A stretch of 63,934 nucleotides of DNA, filler included, from Folioceros fuciformis (GCA_049999805.1; 15 parts of 15 records of this genome joined end to end with filler, not necessarily neighbours in it), one strand, 5' to 3'; positions 1 to 13,251 are shown, counted from the first letter of the whole stretch. The notes: a model not told the origin generated them from the sequence alone. Translations and numbers: made by a program.

Positions 1-1425
1 GGCTCTTGGTGAAGCCAAAGACCAAAAGTTCAGCGTCCAACACTGCATTCCAGGCCATTGCAGATTGCTTCAAGCCATATAAGGTTTTGTGTAATTTACA
101 AACATAATCCTCCTTGCCTTTTACTTCATAGCCAGGAGGTTGTTGCATATAAATTTCAGTATCAAGTTTGCCATTCAAGAATGTTGTCTTGACATCAAAC
201 ATCTGTAATTCATAATCCTTATATGCTGATATTGCGCACATGGCTCGCAGGGTTGGGAGTTTCACCACAGGAGCATAAGTCTCCAGGTAGTCTACACCTG
301 GCACTTGTGAAAAGCCTCGTGCTACAAGACGAGCTTTGTATCTGTCAAATGTACCATCTGCTTTAATTTTGAGTTTGAACACCCATTTGCATGTAACCAT
401 TTTTCTGCCAGGGGGTAACTTTGCCAATTCCCATGTGCCATTATCAATGAATGAATCATATTCTGACTGTATAGCTTTCTCCCACTCCTTGTGATCAGGT
501 CTGCATAGAGCCTCAGCATATGATTGTGGCTCAATAGGATCAAGATCAGTAGCAGCATAAGCCTGAACATAATCAGAAGAAGGAAGAAAGTTAGGTGCAT
601 TGTAAAAATCAGGAGGTCGCCGTTCATGGGTAGGATAGCGGCGAACAGGTGTAGAGTCTTGCATAGGTACTGATTCAATATCATTTGCAACAATGGGTTC
701 TGGCAGGTCATCAAATGGAGGATCAGGGGGATCAGGTAAGATGTCTCCATGAGGATGGAGGTCCTCCAAAACAGATTGGTCAGAGTCTAACAATGATGCA
801 TCTGCTTCTGACTCTGGAACAGTAACTGATGTGTCCCCCCTTGCAGGAGATACATCCGAATCATGAGTGCCATGATCTGTAAGGTCAAAATAAGAAATCT
901 CAAGAGTGTCTTCAGCATCATCAGAGTTTGGAAGAGAGGGATGAGCTCCCACTGAAGCCCAAGTCCTGGTTTCATCAAATGTCACACTCCGAGCATAGAT
1001 CACTTTGTTAGAAGGAACATCATACAACTTGTAAGCTTTTATCCCCTCTGTATAGCCCAGCATAAGCAACTTGCGTGCTTTATCTGAAAGTTTACTTCTC
1101 TGCTTTTTAGGAATAAATGCATAGGCTAGGCAACCAAACATTCTTAAACGCTGTATAGATGGTTTGCGGCCTGTAAAGGCCTCATAGGAGGTTTTATTAG
1201 CAACTTCACTTGTTGGCAGCTTGTTGCGCAGGTAAGTGGAGGTCATAAGGGCTTCAGCCCAATAGGGAAGTGGCAGCTCAGCATCATGCAGCAAGGAGGA
1301 AACCATTTCCTGCAATGTAAGATTCAGACGTTCAACCACTCCGCTCCGCTGCGGAGTATACACAACAGTAAGTTGACGGCCTATGCCCTCATCCTTGCAA
1401 AAGCTTTGAAATTCATTAGAAATGA
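1..1425 (-). mobile_element. Ty1/Copia pol fragment (integrase core/C-terminus followed by reverse transcriptase), open across the contig
   Basis: Manual minus-strand translation: TPQRSGVVER...YWAEALMTSTYLRNKLPT...FGCLAYAFIPK (integrase), then EPQSYAEAL...KWVFKLK...RYKARLVARGFSQVPGVDY...DVKTTFLNG...LYGLKQS (RVT_2). Integrase before RT is the Copia order. It is missing from the ORF track because it runs off the window. Confidence 0.93.
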
Positions 1426-1525
1426 NNNNNNNNNNNNNNNNNNNNNNNNNNNNNNNNNNNNNNNNNNNNTTAATTAATTAANNNNNNNNNNNNNNNNNNN
1501 NNNNNNNNNNNNNNNNNNNNNNNNN
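1426..1525. other. Artificial contig-joining spacer (44 N + TTAATTAATTAA + 44 N). Identical spacers also start at 2884, 4608, 9933, 18128, 22829, 31298, 39874, 44236, 45980, 53192, 57418, 58945 and 62824
   Basis: Fourteen identical 100-bp blocks with a six-frame stop linker; flanking sequences are unrelated and ORFs are cut at the edges. Confidence 0.98.
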
Positions 1526-2883
1526 GTCATACAATCGAAAAGCTTTTCTCTCCAAGTCATAACCTACAAAAATACACTCCACTGACTTTGCCTCCAACTT
1601 GGTTCTTATCTCCTTGGACTTATGCACAAATGCCTTGCACCCAAAGACATGCAAATGAGCAATGGAAGGCTTCCTTCCGGTCCAACACTCTTCGGGTGTG
1701 ATGCCCTCCAATGATGCAGTCACACTCCTATTTGTTAGATACACAGCAGTTGCAATAGCCTCACCCCAAAACTCATATCCCAATCCTCCATGGTGCAACA
1801 TACTTCTTGCACATTCTACCAAAGTTCTATTTTTGCGTTCTGCAACTCCGTTTTGTTGAGGACTATAAGGTGCTGAGAATTGATGAACAATTCCGTGCTC
1901 CTTGCAAAACATCTCAAATTCCTTGGACATGTACTCCCCTCCATTGTCACTTCGTAGAGTCTTGATCTTTCTCCCAATTTGGTTCTCCACAAATGCTTTG
2001 TACTCCTTGAATTTGGAGAAGCATGCCTCCTTGGATTTCAAAAAGTACACCTTCGTATATCTAGACTTATCATCCGTGAAGGTAAGAAAATACTTAGCAC
2101 CTCCTATGGATGTAGTCTTCATGGGACCACAAATGTCTGTATGCACCACCTCTAACAAATGATTGGATCTACTTCCTTGCTTTGGAAATGGAAGGCGGTG
2201 TTGCTTACCCATAATACACCCTTTGCAAACGCCAATGTCTTCGTCTTCACCAAGATCGAGTCCTTGCACCATTTTCTTACGATCCATGAGCTTGATGTTT
2301 TGAACGCCAAGATGTCCTAGCCTTTGGTGCCATAAGAGCAACTTGTTAGTGTTCTTTTGTACCACATTTGCCTCCTCGATGCTCGACCTCGGCATGACAA
2401 CGCTCCCACTCAAGCAATAGAGCTTGCCAATCTTTTCTCCTTGTGCCCTCACTTTTCCGTGCGCATTAGTGAAAGACACATTAGATCCTTCAAATCTCAC
2501 TACCAATCCTAGAGAGGTGGCTGCACTCACGGAAAACAAGTTCTTCCCCAAGCCTGGTACGTATAGCACCCTTTTCAACATCCCACGCACTACTCCGTTA
2601 GGTGTGGTCATATCCATTGCCACAACACCTTCCCCCTCACACATTTGGATTGAATTATCACCCAAATAGATCTTGGTAGCAGCAATGGACTTGAAAGATT
2701 GGAACCACTCACGCCTATTGGTCATGTGCTCCGTAGCTCCCGAATCAATGTACCATTCTTCGACTTGCTTGGAGGGATGATGTGTGCACACAAAAGCTTC
2801 CTCGTACTCTTCCACGAAGTTTCCTTGACTCTTTGCCTTCTCATCTCGATCTCTCTTGAAGCAATTCCTTGCAAAATGTCCAA
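1526..2883 (-). mobile_element. Ty1/Copia pol fragment: protease, GAG-pre-integrase, integrase core
   Basis: WYIDSGATEHM protease motif; LWHQRLGH...CKGC; HTDICGP, LRSDNGGEY and PQQNGVAERKNRT integrase DDE motifs. Confidence 0.95.
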
Positions 2884-2983
2884 NNNNNNNNNNNNNNNNN
2901 NNNNNNNNNNNNNNNNNNNNNNNNNNNTTAATTAATTAANNNNNNNNNNNNNNNNNNNNNNNNNNNNNNNNNNNNNNNNNNNN

Positions 2984-4150
2984 ACCACCTTGCTGGTAAC
3001 GAAAAATCTGCGGATGTGTGACCATTGCCACAGAGGCACGAATTTCTTCTCCAAGATAGAGAATAGGGAGATCATAATTAGAGACGCCCAGCGAGTTCAT
3101 CACTTCAAGGGTGGCGTTTGTTCGTGTGGAGACCACAATTGAGAGCTGTCAGTACGAACAAAAATTCAGGATCACACTCATCCTATTCAACGAGTGGGAG
3201 CTAGCTGACTGACACCCTAGGTTTGGCACTGATTGCAAGAGCTGTAGACACAGGACCACAGCCTGGAGGAGCCGTGAACGGAGCACGCCTTGAAACTCGT
3301 GACAACATGGTGGCCTGAACCATGGTGACAAATTATGTCAATGCATACATATGCATCTCATCTCAGCAGTCTTGCCAGCCTTCCTGCCCTGCGTGAAGCG
3401 CAGTGCAGACAGAAACATGGAGAGTCAACGTGGTTCATCAGAGAACCTTGTGCATGCAAGCCCAAGGGGGTTTCTCATTCACGACTCATGTCACGACTCA
3501 GTGAAACAACGGAATCACGTGGATGTGTTGAGGGTTCTACACTACAAGCATGACCGGCAAGCATCGTTACAGAGACAGGGCACCCTGCAGCTTCGAATTC
3601 TGAAGCATGCACCACCGTCTGCATCGTGCCTCGATTGTGACCCATGCACACACACGAACAGGGAGATCCAGGTCAGCTGTGGAAATCAAGGTGAGCTACA
3701 GAGCCACAGCAGGTGCTTCTAGACATGTTGGGATTCCATCCCACACCTCCAGTGTAATCTGTCCCGCACTCTTACAAAACCAACCGGAACCACGAATCCT
3801 CTCCCTACGACTTGAACCTGAACCGCCTTGCCACATTGGAGACTGAAGGTTTCGCCCCCTGCAGCAGGCGTTGCTTGCCAGACACATTTTCTTGGAGCAC
3901 TCGCATCCTGGTGTGGAAGAAACGTATAGGTGCAGAGACTCACCTTGTTTTGCATTGCTTTGTCCGTGCAAGCAAATGTCTCCTCAACAGTGTCTGCGTT
4001 CGTGGCTCAGGAATGCATTCACCACAGGACGTCACTCAAAGCAGGAATGCACTTGTCGCTTGTGATTGTAGTAGAGAGCAGGAAACTACCCACTTCATCG
4101 GAATCTCTCATTCGCGTCCAACACACGAACCTCAAGATTTGTGCCCTGCA
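2984..4150 (-). CDS. Possible multi-exon host gene of unknown function (fragment)
   Basis: Minus-strand GT..AG-bounded short segments (e.g. donor AAG|gtgag at ~3942; exon [27 protein letters not shown]; last open segment ...[31 protein letters not shown]...). No family recognised. Confidence 0.3.
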
Positions 4151-4844
4151 TCTCTTTGCTCTCGTCATGCCAGAAGAACAGTAACTGCTGCACAGTGTAC
4201 GAGGAAGCAACACACAATCGACTACACTCACCCCATCATTTGCCTACACTTCCCTGCTGGGACTAATAAATTCACATGTGGAACTAATCTCTCTGCCAGC
4301 CACTCTCCTAACGAATCTGCGAACCACTCTCCTTCCAACCATCTCCTCTCGGCTCCGCCCCGAGGCATGCCAACCACCTGATGGACCGCCTCGTTTCCTC
4401 ACGTCACGCCCGAAATGCGAAGGCAGACAGTCACACACGCCGAATGTGAGTCACGTCAACGCCAAAATGGATGACAGAATCGTCGGTTCCACCAAGTCCG
4501 GTGCGAACCACATGGACCACAAGATGCAAGATTCGCAAGGTGGTGTTCCTGGCCAAGCTCAGAAACGCGGCGAGGAGAGACGAGTGACAGGATAGAGCGC
4601 AGCCGCTNNNNNNNNNNNNNNNNNNNNNNNNNNNNNNNNNNNNNNNNNNNNTTAATTAATTAANNNNNNNNNNNNNNNNNNNNNNNNNNNNNNNNNNNNN
4701 NNNNNNNAAGTTGTAGCTAGGGCTATTTAGCTTAGTGTGAAAAGACACACAATTTTTAAAAACCTAATTGCCATAGCATATGGCATATAAAAACCATAAG
4801 ACCTTGTATGTACGTATGAATGTTTTCTCTCAAGCAAATGTCTC

Positions 4845-4922
4845 TCCAAATTTGTATGGTATCAGAGCTGAGATTGTAAGCGATCCAAATTTGTATGGTA
4901 TCAGAGCTGAGATTGTAAGCGA
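4845..4922 (+). promoter_or_regulatory. tRNA-iMet primer-binding site TGGTATCAGAGC present twice (4857-4868, 4896-4907) within a perfect 39-bp tandem duplication
   Basis: Sequence reads (tccaaatttgtatggtatcagagctgagattgtaagcga)x2, about 1.3 kb upstream of a same-strand Copia gag. Confidence 0.85.
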
Positions 4923-6249
4923 TGCCATGCATCGCAGCTAGCATTGCCCCTACCGCCTGGATGCTCTAAAGGAGATGGTGATCTTTTTAATTTCTTCTTG
5001 TTTTTAGAAGAAAGAGAAAAAAAGAAAAAAGAATGTAGGCAGCACGACAACGAGCTGTGGCCGGGGTGCCGTGGCCATGGTCGTGTGATTTAGGGAAACA
5101 CCACTCCCTGTATAGCAACACAACGCGCCCTGCAACTGTAGACACGAAATGCATCTGAGACAGGAACCCGCGCAGCGGAAGCGTGGTGAGCCCAAACATG
5201 ATGCTCCGCAGGCAGGAATCCTCTTAGGCTGCAGAATTATAAGGATGGAGAAGGAACTGGCCACGGCGACAGCATCGCGGCAGTGATCGAAGTGATCATT
5301 CCATACAGCGGCAGGAACATGTGGCTGGCACGATTGATCGTGGTTGTGTGTACTCCGCTCCCTGCCAGCCATAGGCACAAACACGCATGTTGCTCCTGGA
5401 TGGTTGCGGAGCAAGATCCAGCCGCGGCAGCATCGAATAGAACAGGAACAAATCGTGGATGCAGCAGCCGGGGCAGGTGCAGGCCACGGTGGCAACGATC
5501 TCAGGCCGAATCTATCTGGTAGAGATGTGATCTTACCCTACTGCCCTACAGAGGCGCTGGAGGAAGAGCAATCTGTGGCAGGATCTCGCCCTGCAACGGC
5601 AAAGCAAAGCAAAGGAATCAGACCCTGCAGCCGCGGTGGCAACAATCTCGATCACCTGCGGCATGGCGTGAAGGCAGAATCCGGCTATGTGGCAACAAGT
5701 GCAGGACGCGGCGGTATCGATTTGAGGCAGGAGCAAAGCTTGGTGGCAACAATCTGTGAAAGAATCACCCTGTGCCCGCTGCAGCAACCTTGAGGCCAGC
5801 AACCTCCAAGGCGCAACCTGAGGCTGCTGCAGCGCAGCACTGTAGCCTGGATGTGTGAGGCGGCGGCATCTTGTGCTAAAGCATGCTGCGGCGACCCTCC
5901 TCTCGCAGCCGCACACATTCTCCTGCACAAACCTCATTTGAAAAAAAAACGGGGGAAAGGGAAACGAATCTGAAACACGCAGCACAGAACCATGCATTGA
6001 GTGGCAGATCAAGGCCAGCCCAGGGCCATCTAATGCAACTTGTGGCCATGTTTGATGCCTCCGAAGAGGTCACTTTCTGCTGAGAGGCCACAAGGCAGAA
6101 GCAGAGGGCCACGTTTGGATACCCCAATTGTGAGAGCCCGTTCCGAATCACCACCTTCAAAGTCCACGATCTCAAGGCATTGGCTCCAAGGGTCGTTGCC
6201 TACCTGGCTGACTCAATCACCAGCATATCAGCGCATCAAAGGTGCTACT

Positions 6250-9200
6250 ATGGCGAGTGTGACACGCCTTGATTTCAAGGACAAGGATCGATTTTCAGGG
6301 GCAAATTATGATGTCTGGGCTCGCAGGGTCAAGACCTTGCTACAAGTTGAGGAATTGTGGGACATCGTGGATGGCACAACTCCGAAGCCAGGTGCCAACG
6401 GACCGCATGCCAATGTTGCAGCATGGATTAAGAAAGATCTTAGAGCCAGGGCCATATTGGAGGCTACCATCGACAGTTCGATGATCTACCACATTGATGA
6501 TGCATCTGAATCTTACACGGCATGGACAGCTTTGTCACAAATGTTTGCGACTACAAATCAATCCTCCCTGGTACATGCCACCAGATTTTTTTGGAATTGC
6601 AAGATGAAAGACACGGACAGCGTTGAGGAGCACGTGATGCGATTTCGCCACCTTAGACAGAAGCTGGCATCCGCAGGCACGACAGTCGCGGAGTTGGAGG
6701 CTTCGGTGGCTTTGCTCATGTCATTGCCAGACAAATACAGGGTATTTGCCAGCACACAAAATAGCAGCTTGAGGACTGCTACTGCTGCTACTGTGTCTCT
6801 ATCCAACACAATTGGTGCTTTGCTTGAGGAGGAAGCGACCATGCACTCCAGCCGTGGAGGCCAAGGTTCGCACAGCCAGGTCCTTTATGCTGGCCGAGGA
6901 GGAAGAGGGGGTCGTGGTGGCCGCTTTCCCACACGACCACCATCGCAGGGCAGAGGCAAAACACATGACGGTCGACCTCCACCAAACCCCAACCATAGGA
7001 AACTCACCTGCAATTGGTGTCGTCTTGTAGGCCACATAGAGGCCGACTGCAGAAAGAAAAAAGCCGAGGAGAGCATTGGAGGCTCATGTAGCTGCCCGGG
7101 CCAAAACGACAAATCCAAACACCATCCTTACTGTGTTCCTCGCACACACCAAGGCTGATCAAGATCATTGGTTTGTCGACTCAGGTGCCTCCGCGCACAT
7201 ATGCTACATGCGAGAAGGCTTCATCAACTATACCACCTATGCACCTGGACAGCTTGTCCTACTTGGAGATGGGAGTGGACTTGCAGTTGCTGGCTGCGGC
7301 ACAGTGCAAATTCAGCTGCAAGATGGATCCACCCGCCTGCTTCACCAAGTGCTACACGTTCCACAGATGTGTAAAAATCTACTATCAGTTCGGCATCTTT
7401 GCAGGGACTGGATGGTCAATATTTCTTTTAGCGAAAAACACTGTGAGCTGCGAGAGACGCCGACAGACCACATCCTGGCCCTCGGTACTTTGCAGGCTGA
7501 TTTATACAAGTTGGACTGTATCACATCACCTGCTGGACATCCACAGGCCCACTCAACATCTCAAGCCATGCTGGCTAAATGTCTTACACATGATGATCCT
7601 CAGCTCCTATGGCATTCAAGGCTTGCACATCCAAACTTCATAAAGATGAAACGGATGACAGAGCAAGAGCTGTACCGTGAGAAACTCGATTGGAAGATTA
7701 CTGATACACATGTATTATGTGGCGCTTGCATCCATAGTAAGATGGTCAAGAAGAAGCCTAAGAAGGGTGAGCAGAACCGTGCTTCTGACCTATTGGAAAT
7801 GATCCATACGGATCTTTGTGGACCAATGTCAACACCATCTCTTGGTGGTTCCCTTTATTTTATGGCTGTCATTGATGATTACAGTAGATATATTGTCACA
7901 TATTTCCTGCGACATAAGAGTGAGGCTCTAGATATGCTCAAACAGTATGTGGATTTTTCTCAACGACAAACCGGGAAAACTCTCAAGGTGCTAAGGACTG
8001 ATAATGGGGGCGAATTTATTAGCGGCGATTTTCAGTCATACTGTCGTTCTCTTGGCATTGCCCGTCAGCTGACTTCTTCGCATACGTCCAGCCAAAACCC
8101 ATTGGCAGAGGCGAAAAACAGATACCTCCAAGAAGCAGCCAAGGCCATGCTATATCAATCTGGTTTATCCAAGCACTATTGGGCTGATGCAGTTCAAACT
8201 GCAACATATGTGCCAAATCGTCTGCCTACCTCCTCTTTCATAGGAGCTACCCCATATGAGCGGTGGACTGGTTGTAAACCCTCCATCTCACATCTGAAAA
8301 TATTTGGCAGCCATGTGTATATGCATATTCCCAAGACCCAACGGAGGAAGCTGGATTACCAGGCCCGTGCTATGACCTTCATTGGATATACTGAGGGTAT
8401 CAAAGGGTACAAGGTATATGACCCTACCTCCGGCCATGTTACTCACACCCGTGTTGGTATATTTGATGAACACAGCTTGCTATTTGCGGCTTGTGCCCGA
8501 GAGGGGGGGAGAAAGGATGTGATGCCTGACCCTCGGGTTGCTGAACTCCATAGCGATAGTGACTCTGAAATTGAGCAAATAATCCCAAGTGTGAGTCATC
8601 CACAAGCAGCTCTACCACAAGCCCCAAGCCATACCTCAGCTCCAGGCCTAAATCCACCATTACAAGTTGACACTGATGTTGATGATGCATTTGAGGCCAG
8701 TGCAAGTGAGGATGAAGCTGATACCAATGTACCAACACAGCCTGAACCTGGTTAGCTTGCTACGCTTAGGAGGTCAACGAGACATCACACAAGCTCTCCC
8801 CTGGAATGGAGTCAAGTGCCACTTGCCATGGAAGGGCACATACAGCCTAATGCAAACACGAATGCCATGCTAGCTCAAATACTCACAGCAGCCCAAGACC
8901 TTGGTGAACCAGCATCCTACAAAGAAGCCATCAACTCACCAGAGAAGGAGCAATGGCAGGCAGCGATCCAATCAGAGTATGACTCTCTCATTGAGAATGA
9001 GACATGGGAATTAGTTGATTTACCTCATGGAAGGAGCCCAATTTCAAACAAATGGGTATTTAAAAGAAAACTCAACCCTGATGGCACTACAGGTAGATTC
9101 AAGGCTAGACTAGTGGTGCGTGGATTCTCCCAAAGAGAAGGGATAGACTATAATGAGACCTTCTCCCCTGTTGTGCGCGTGTCATCATTAAGAACACTCA

Positions 9201-9932
9201 TGGCCATTACTGCCCAACAAGGTTATCATGTCCACCAGATGGATGTACAGACAGCATTCCTTAATGGCCTCCTTGAAGAAGAGGTATACATGATCCAGCC
9301 TGAGGGTTACATTGATGCCAAGCACCCAAACAAGGTTTGCAGGCTGAAGAAGACTCAGTACGGCCTCAAACAATCGGATCGTGGGTGGAATTTGAGGCTG
9401 CATGCATACCTTGTAAGGAGAGGGTTTAAGCAATCAGATGCTGATGGTAGTGTCTATGTATATAAGAAGAAAGGGCAGACTGCCTACCTAGCAGTGTATG
9501 TCGATGACACAATCATTTTTGGATCCGATGATGGCATGGTAAAAGAGGTAAAGCGTATCTTGTCATCAGAATTCAAAATGACAGATTTGGGCCCTTGCAA
9601 ATTCTTCTTAGGTGTCCAAGCACTCATGAACTCAACGACAGGAAGTGTGTTTCTCCACCAACAACATTATGTCAACAGACTACTTGAGAAGTTCAATATG
9701 CAAAATGCGAAGCCGGCAGCAACTCCAGCTGCAGTGGGGGCTACCCTGACACAAGATCAGTGCCCCAAGACACCTGCTGAGCAAAAGGAGATGGAGAACA
9801 TACCATACAGGGTTCTTGAAGGTTGCTTGCCATGGTTGAGTGGATGGACCAGACCTGATATTGCCCATGCCACGTCAATTGCCTCACAGTTCCTAGCCAA
9901 TCCAGGACAGCAGCATTGGATAGCTGCCAAGC
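6250..9932 (+). mobile_element. Ty1/Copia gag-pol (gag, zinc knuckle, protease, integrase, RT), disrupted by one frameshift (~7070) and one in-frame TAG (8753-8755), 3' truncated
   Basis: MASVTRLDFKDKDRFSGANYDVW gag start; CNWCRLVGHIEADC knuckle; WFVDSGASAH protease; HTDLCGP/RTDNGGEF integrase; KARLVVRGF...DVQTAFLNG...YVDD RT. ORFs 7076 and 8816 are in the same frame. Confidence 0.95.
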
Positions 9933-10150
9933 NNNNNNNNNNNNNNNNNNNNNNNNNNNNNNNNNNNNNNNNNNNNTTAATTAATTAANNNNNNNNNNNN
10001 NNNNNNNNNNNNNNNNNNNNNNNNNNNNNNNNGGTGGAGCTTACAAAGCTTGGAAGAAGAAATGAAGTCGACGGTGCGTCCTGTGCTCAATTTCCCAAGG
10101 GTGCAGCTGGTATTGACCGAAGTTCAAGTGTGACCCAGTGCACACCCGCC

Positions 10151-11329
10151 ATGGCAGCTGTCACCTCGCGATCCCTTCAGGGCAATGACGGCGGACAGCA
10201 GATTTTCATTCAAATGAAGCCTGGCGAAGGAGAGGACAGCTACGTGCAGAACTCGTCAATCCAGTCGCACGTTATTCAGGTGGTGGAAGCTCAGCTGTGG
10301 CACGGGATTGAATCTGCTTCCCGCGTTCCAGAGATGGGCAATGCTGGGAACGCCCTGCGCGTAGCAGACCTGGGATGCGCCACGGGTAACAACACCATCA
10401 GAACCGTGGACAAGCTCCTGGAAAGTCTGGCAGCGCTGTGGCAGTCCAAGAGTGGCCGGCTGCACCTACACCTGCAGCGGCGGCCCTTCCCCACGGACGT
10501 TCAGGTTTTCTTCCCCGACCTACCGTCCAACGATTTCAACACTCTCTTCTGCAGCCTGTCCCGTCACGAAGCTGGATCCAGGCGCTATTTCGCAGCCGGT
10601 GTCCCTGGATCCTTCTATGGCCCGCTGTTTCCCGCCGCGAGCATCCACGCTTTCACCTGCTTCACCGCGCTGCATTGCCTGTCCCGAGTACCTCCCGAGG
10701 TCCTGGACGAGAATTCCCCTGCATTCAACTTTGACAGGGTGCACGTCGGTGGCGCCAATCCCGCCGTGGATCGGGCCTTCGCTGGCCAGAGCCACAACGA
10801 CCTGACGGAATTCTTCACCAACCGAGCCAATGAGCTGGTACCGGGAGGGTTCGTTGCGCTGGCCATACTCGCCAAACCAGACGAGTAGCCGCACCGAGCA
10901 CCACTCTTCGACATGTTCTTGGACACCTTCCACGAGCTAGCTGTCCAGGGCGCTTTTCCACGGGATCTCATCGAGACCTTTAACATCCCCTTGTACTTCC
11001 CGAGTATTGCACAGGTGAGGCGGGCTGTGGAGCAGGTGGGACTCTTCGACATCCACATCCTCCAATCCTGCGGTGACGTCTCCTCCTATCCTCCAGACAA
11101 ATGTGCGGAATATCGAGCGGATCTCGGCAAATTGGCAAGGGACAGTTCTTTGATGTGGAAGAGCATCTTCCTCACAAGCGTACTGAAGCACTTCGGTGTG
11201 GAGTTGAGCAACGCACTGTTCGAGCGGTACGAGCATCATGTTCACACGCTTCGTCTTCAGCCCGGGCGTAAAAGCGTGGACCATTACTTCACCAACAATT
11301 ACGGTGTTGTTCTTCTGACTAGGAAGTAG
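10151..11329 (+). pseudogene. Intronless SABATH-family SAM-dependent carboxyl methyltransferase with a single in-frame TAG at 10886-10888
   Basis: MKPGEGEDSYVQNS, VADLGCATGNNT (SAM motif), DLPSNDFNTLF, AAGVPGSFYGPLFP, RANELVPGG, FNIPLYFPS. ORFs 10034-10888 and 10913-11329 share a frame. Confidence 0.9.
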
Positions 11330-13081
11330 ACTAAAATGTTGTGAATAGTCGGAAGTAAGTATGAATTGAATAAATTTACTATAATTTGATATTTGCTTTA
11401 TTATAAAATAATATATAAGATGCCTGCCCGACGAACTCACATCAAAGAAGCAACAACTTGTGGTGTTGAAGCTCGCTGCAGATCTCGAATAACTTGGTTA
11501 ACAAACCTGAAAATCTCGGGCAGTGCGAGACACCAGATCCGCAGAGGCTTCTAGAGGGTAAAAAGCGACATTGCAAACGACTACACGGTTCGTGACGTTC
11601 GGCATACGGAGGTGCCACTCCACTCGTGCGCTGCCGGAGCCGGCACTCGCTTCTCTGCCACTTTCTCGAAATCCAAGGCTGCGAGGCAACCCTTGCTCGT
11701 GGTCCGACCACCCAACTCCCACTGCATGATCAGGTAGCTACAAGGCTCTTGTTTGAGTGGAGTCCACTTTTGGGTTTAGGGAGCTTTAAGACGAGGGTGA
11801 GGAGCGGAGGTTCAAAGGGATGCCAAGGAATAAAAGAATACTTGGACCAGGAAATTTACATGTGATACTTGTCAGGATCTCCCCATTCCTGCCTATGCTA
11901 AGAAGTAGCAGTGCCGGACAAGCATGAATAGGAGGAGTGGACAGGATCTTCCTCGTACGCTGAGATGGTGACGATCGTCTTTTGCTCAGAGGACGCAGTG
12001 CCGGTGTCTGTGGCCACAGCCTGATGGGCACGATGAGTGGTTGAAGTACGGCTTCAGCGGAGGAATGTGGTTGTGCGTACTGACGTTTCAGCCGCATCTG
12101 CAGCATCCTGTACCAGCTTCCGGGATCTCATGCCGACGAGGCATCAGGGCCGATGGATAATAATTGCCTGGCTGTTAACGTATGGGAGAACCCAGTCACC
12201 TGGGAGCTACCGGTGCAGCGACCTTCTTGGTCGAGAAGCAACTCATGCCCACTTGAACGCAAGGAAGATCGATGCAGGGAACTCGCACCGGTCTGTAGCG
12301 GCTCTGGACACGCGTATCATGAGCGTTCGCAACTCCAGGACCCGCAGCGTGTGTTGAGTTCCACTTCAGGTCGCGCTGAACGTGCGTCCAGTTACAAGCA
12401 CAATTGCAACATCCCATGGTTTCTGTCGCCATCTGCGTGCTTCGCTCCCAAGCTCGATCACCTCATTCCAGCGCTGGCAGCGCGCTTCCTTGTGGTGGAG
12501 AATAGTAGAAGATAACATGAAGATCGCGCTGATCCCATTTGGCCCTCCTCCTTGGCGGGGATCCAGCCTCCCGGCTCATCTTTAAACAAAGCTCATCGTT
12601 GCGGTACCGCGCCAGACGGTTTCTTACTCTGAGCCATGTGCAATGTTGTGTACCTCCTGCTTTGGTCATCATTACACATCGCTGGTTGGTGCGGTACGGG
12701 ACGGTTTCTTAGTAAGAATCTGTCCCGTCGAAACTTTCTTACTCTGAGCAACGTCATGCCACATAAGATAACTCGTGCTTTCTTAAACCAGGCAAGATTC
12801 TGAAGTGGAAACGGCTGCCGGTACAACAACCTTGATTTCTGAGGTAGGAAGAGTACAAAGAAATCCCTGTTGTTCTATTCTCGAACTATAGTTTAACAAA
12901 AGTTCGGTCAGATCACCTAGAATCATGTGGTACCGTCCACTGAGGCCGAGAATAGTCTTCTTGCCGAAGAGTTAGCACATCTCGTGTTGCGAACCTACAA
13001 TGCCTTGGTGCGGCTTCAGAAATCGGCTTCAGAACCCAAGTCCTGCACTCTAAAAATTCATTCTGCATTCACACACTCACA

Positions 13082-13251
13082 CCGCGGGGTCTTGTCGAAA
13101 CCCTCGACATCCACTTTTACTTCCCGACTATCACACAGGCGAGGCGAGCGGTGGATCAGGTAGGTAGGCCTCTTCGATATCCACTTCCTCCAATCCTGCG
13201 GTGAGATCTCCCTCTATCCATCCTGCAGGTAAATGTGAGGAATACCGAGCG
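13082..13251 (+). pseudogene. Diverged partial copy of the SABATH gene 3' region
   Basis: Aligns by eye with ~10958-11121 (e.g. ctcttcgatatccacttcctccaatcctgcggtga vs ctcttcgacatccacatcctccaatcctgcggtga), with small indels. Confidence 0.75.

Noticed and set aside
1470-1481. Recurring TTAATTAATTAA motif as a biological repeat
   Set aside because: Always centred in an identical 100-bp N block; it is an artificial six-frame stop linker between contigs.
7060-7090. Programmed gag-pol ribosomal frameshift
   Set aside because: Plant Copia elements normally have a single gag-pol ORF and this copy has another disabling stop, so a mutational indel is more likely.
8753-10888. In-frame TAG stops (8753, 10886, also 19012 and 58576) being repaired by U-to-C editing
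   Set aside because: PPR-mediated reverse editing is established only for organellar transcripts; these are nuclear sequences and the stops are adequately explained by ordinary mutation.
11440-12950. Gene between SABATH and GH95
   Set aside because: Only short ORFs without recognisable motifs; no supportable call.
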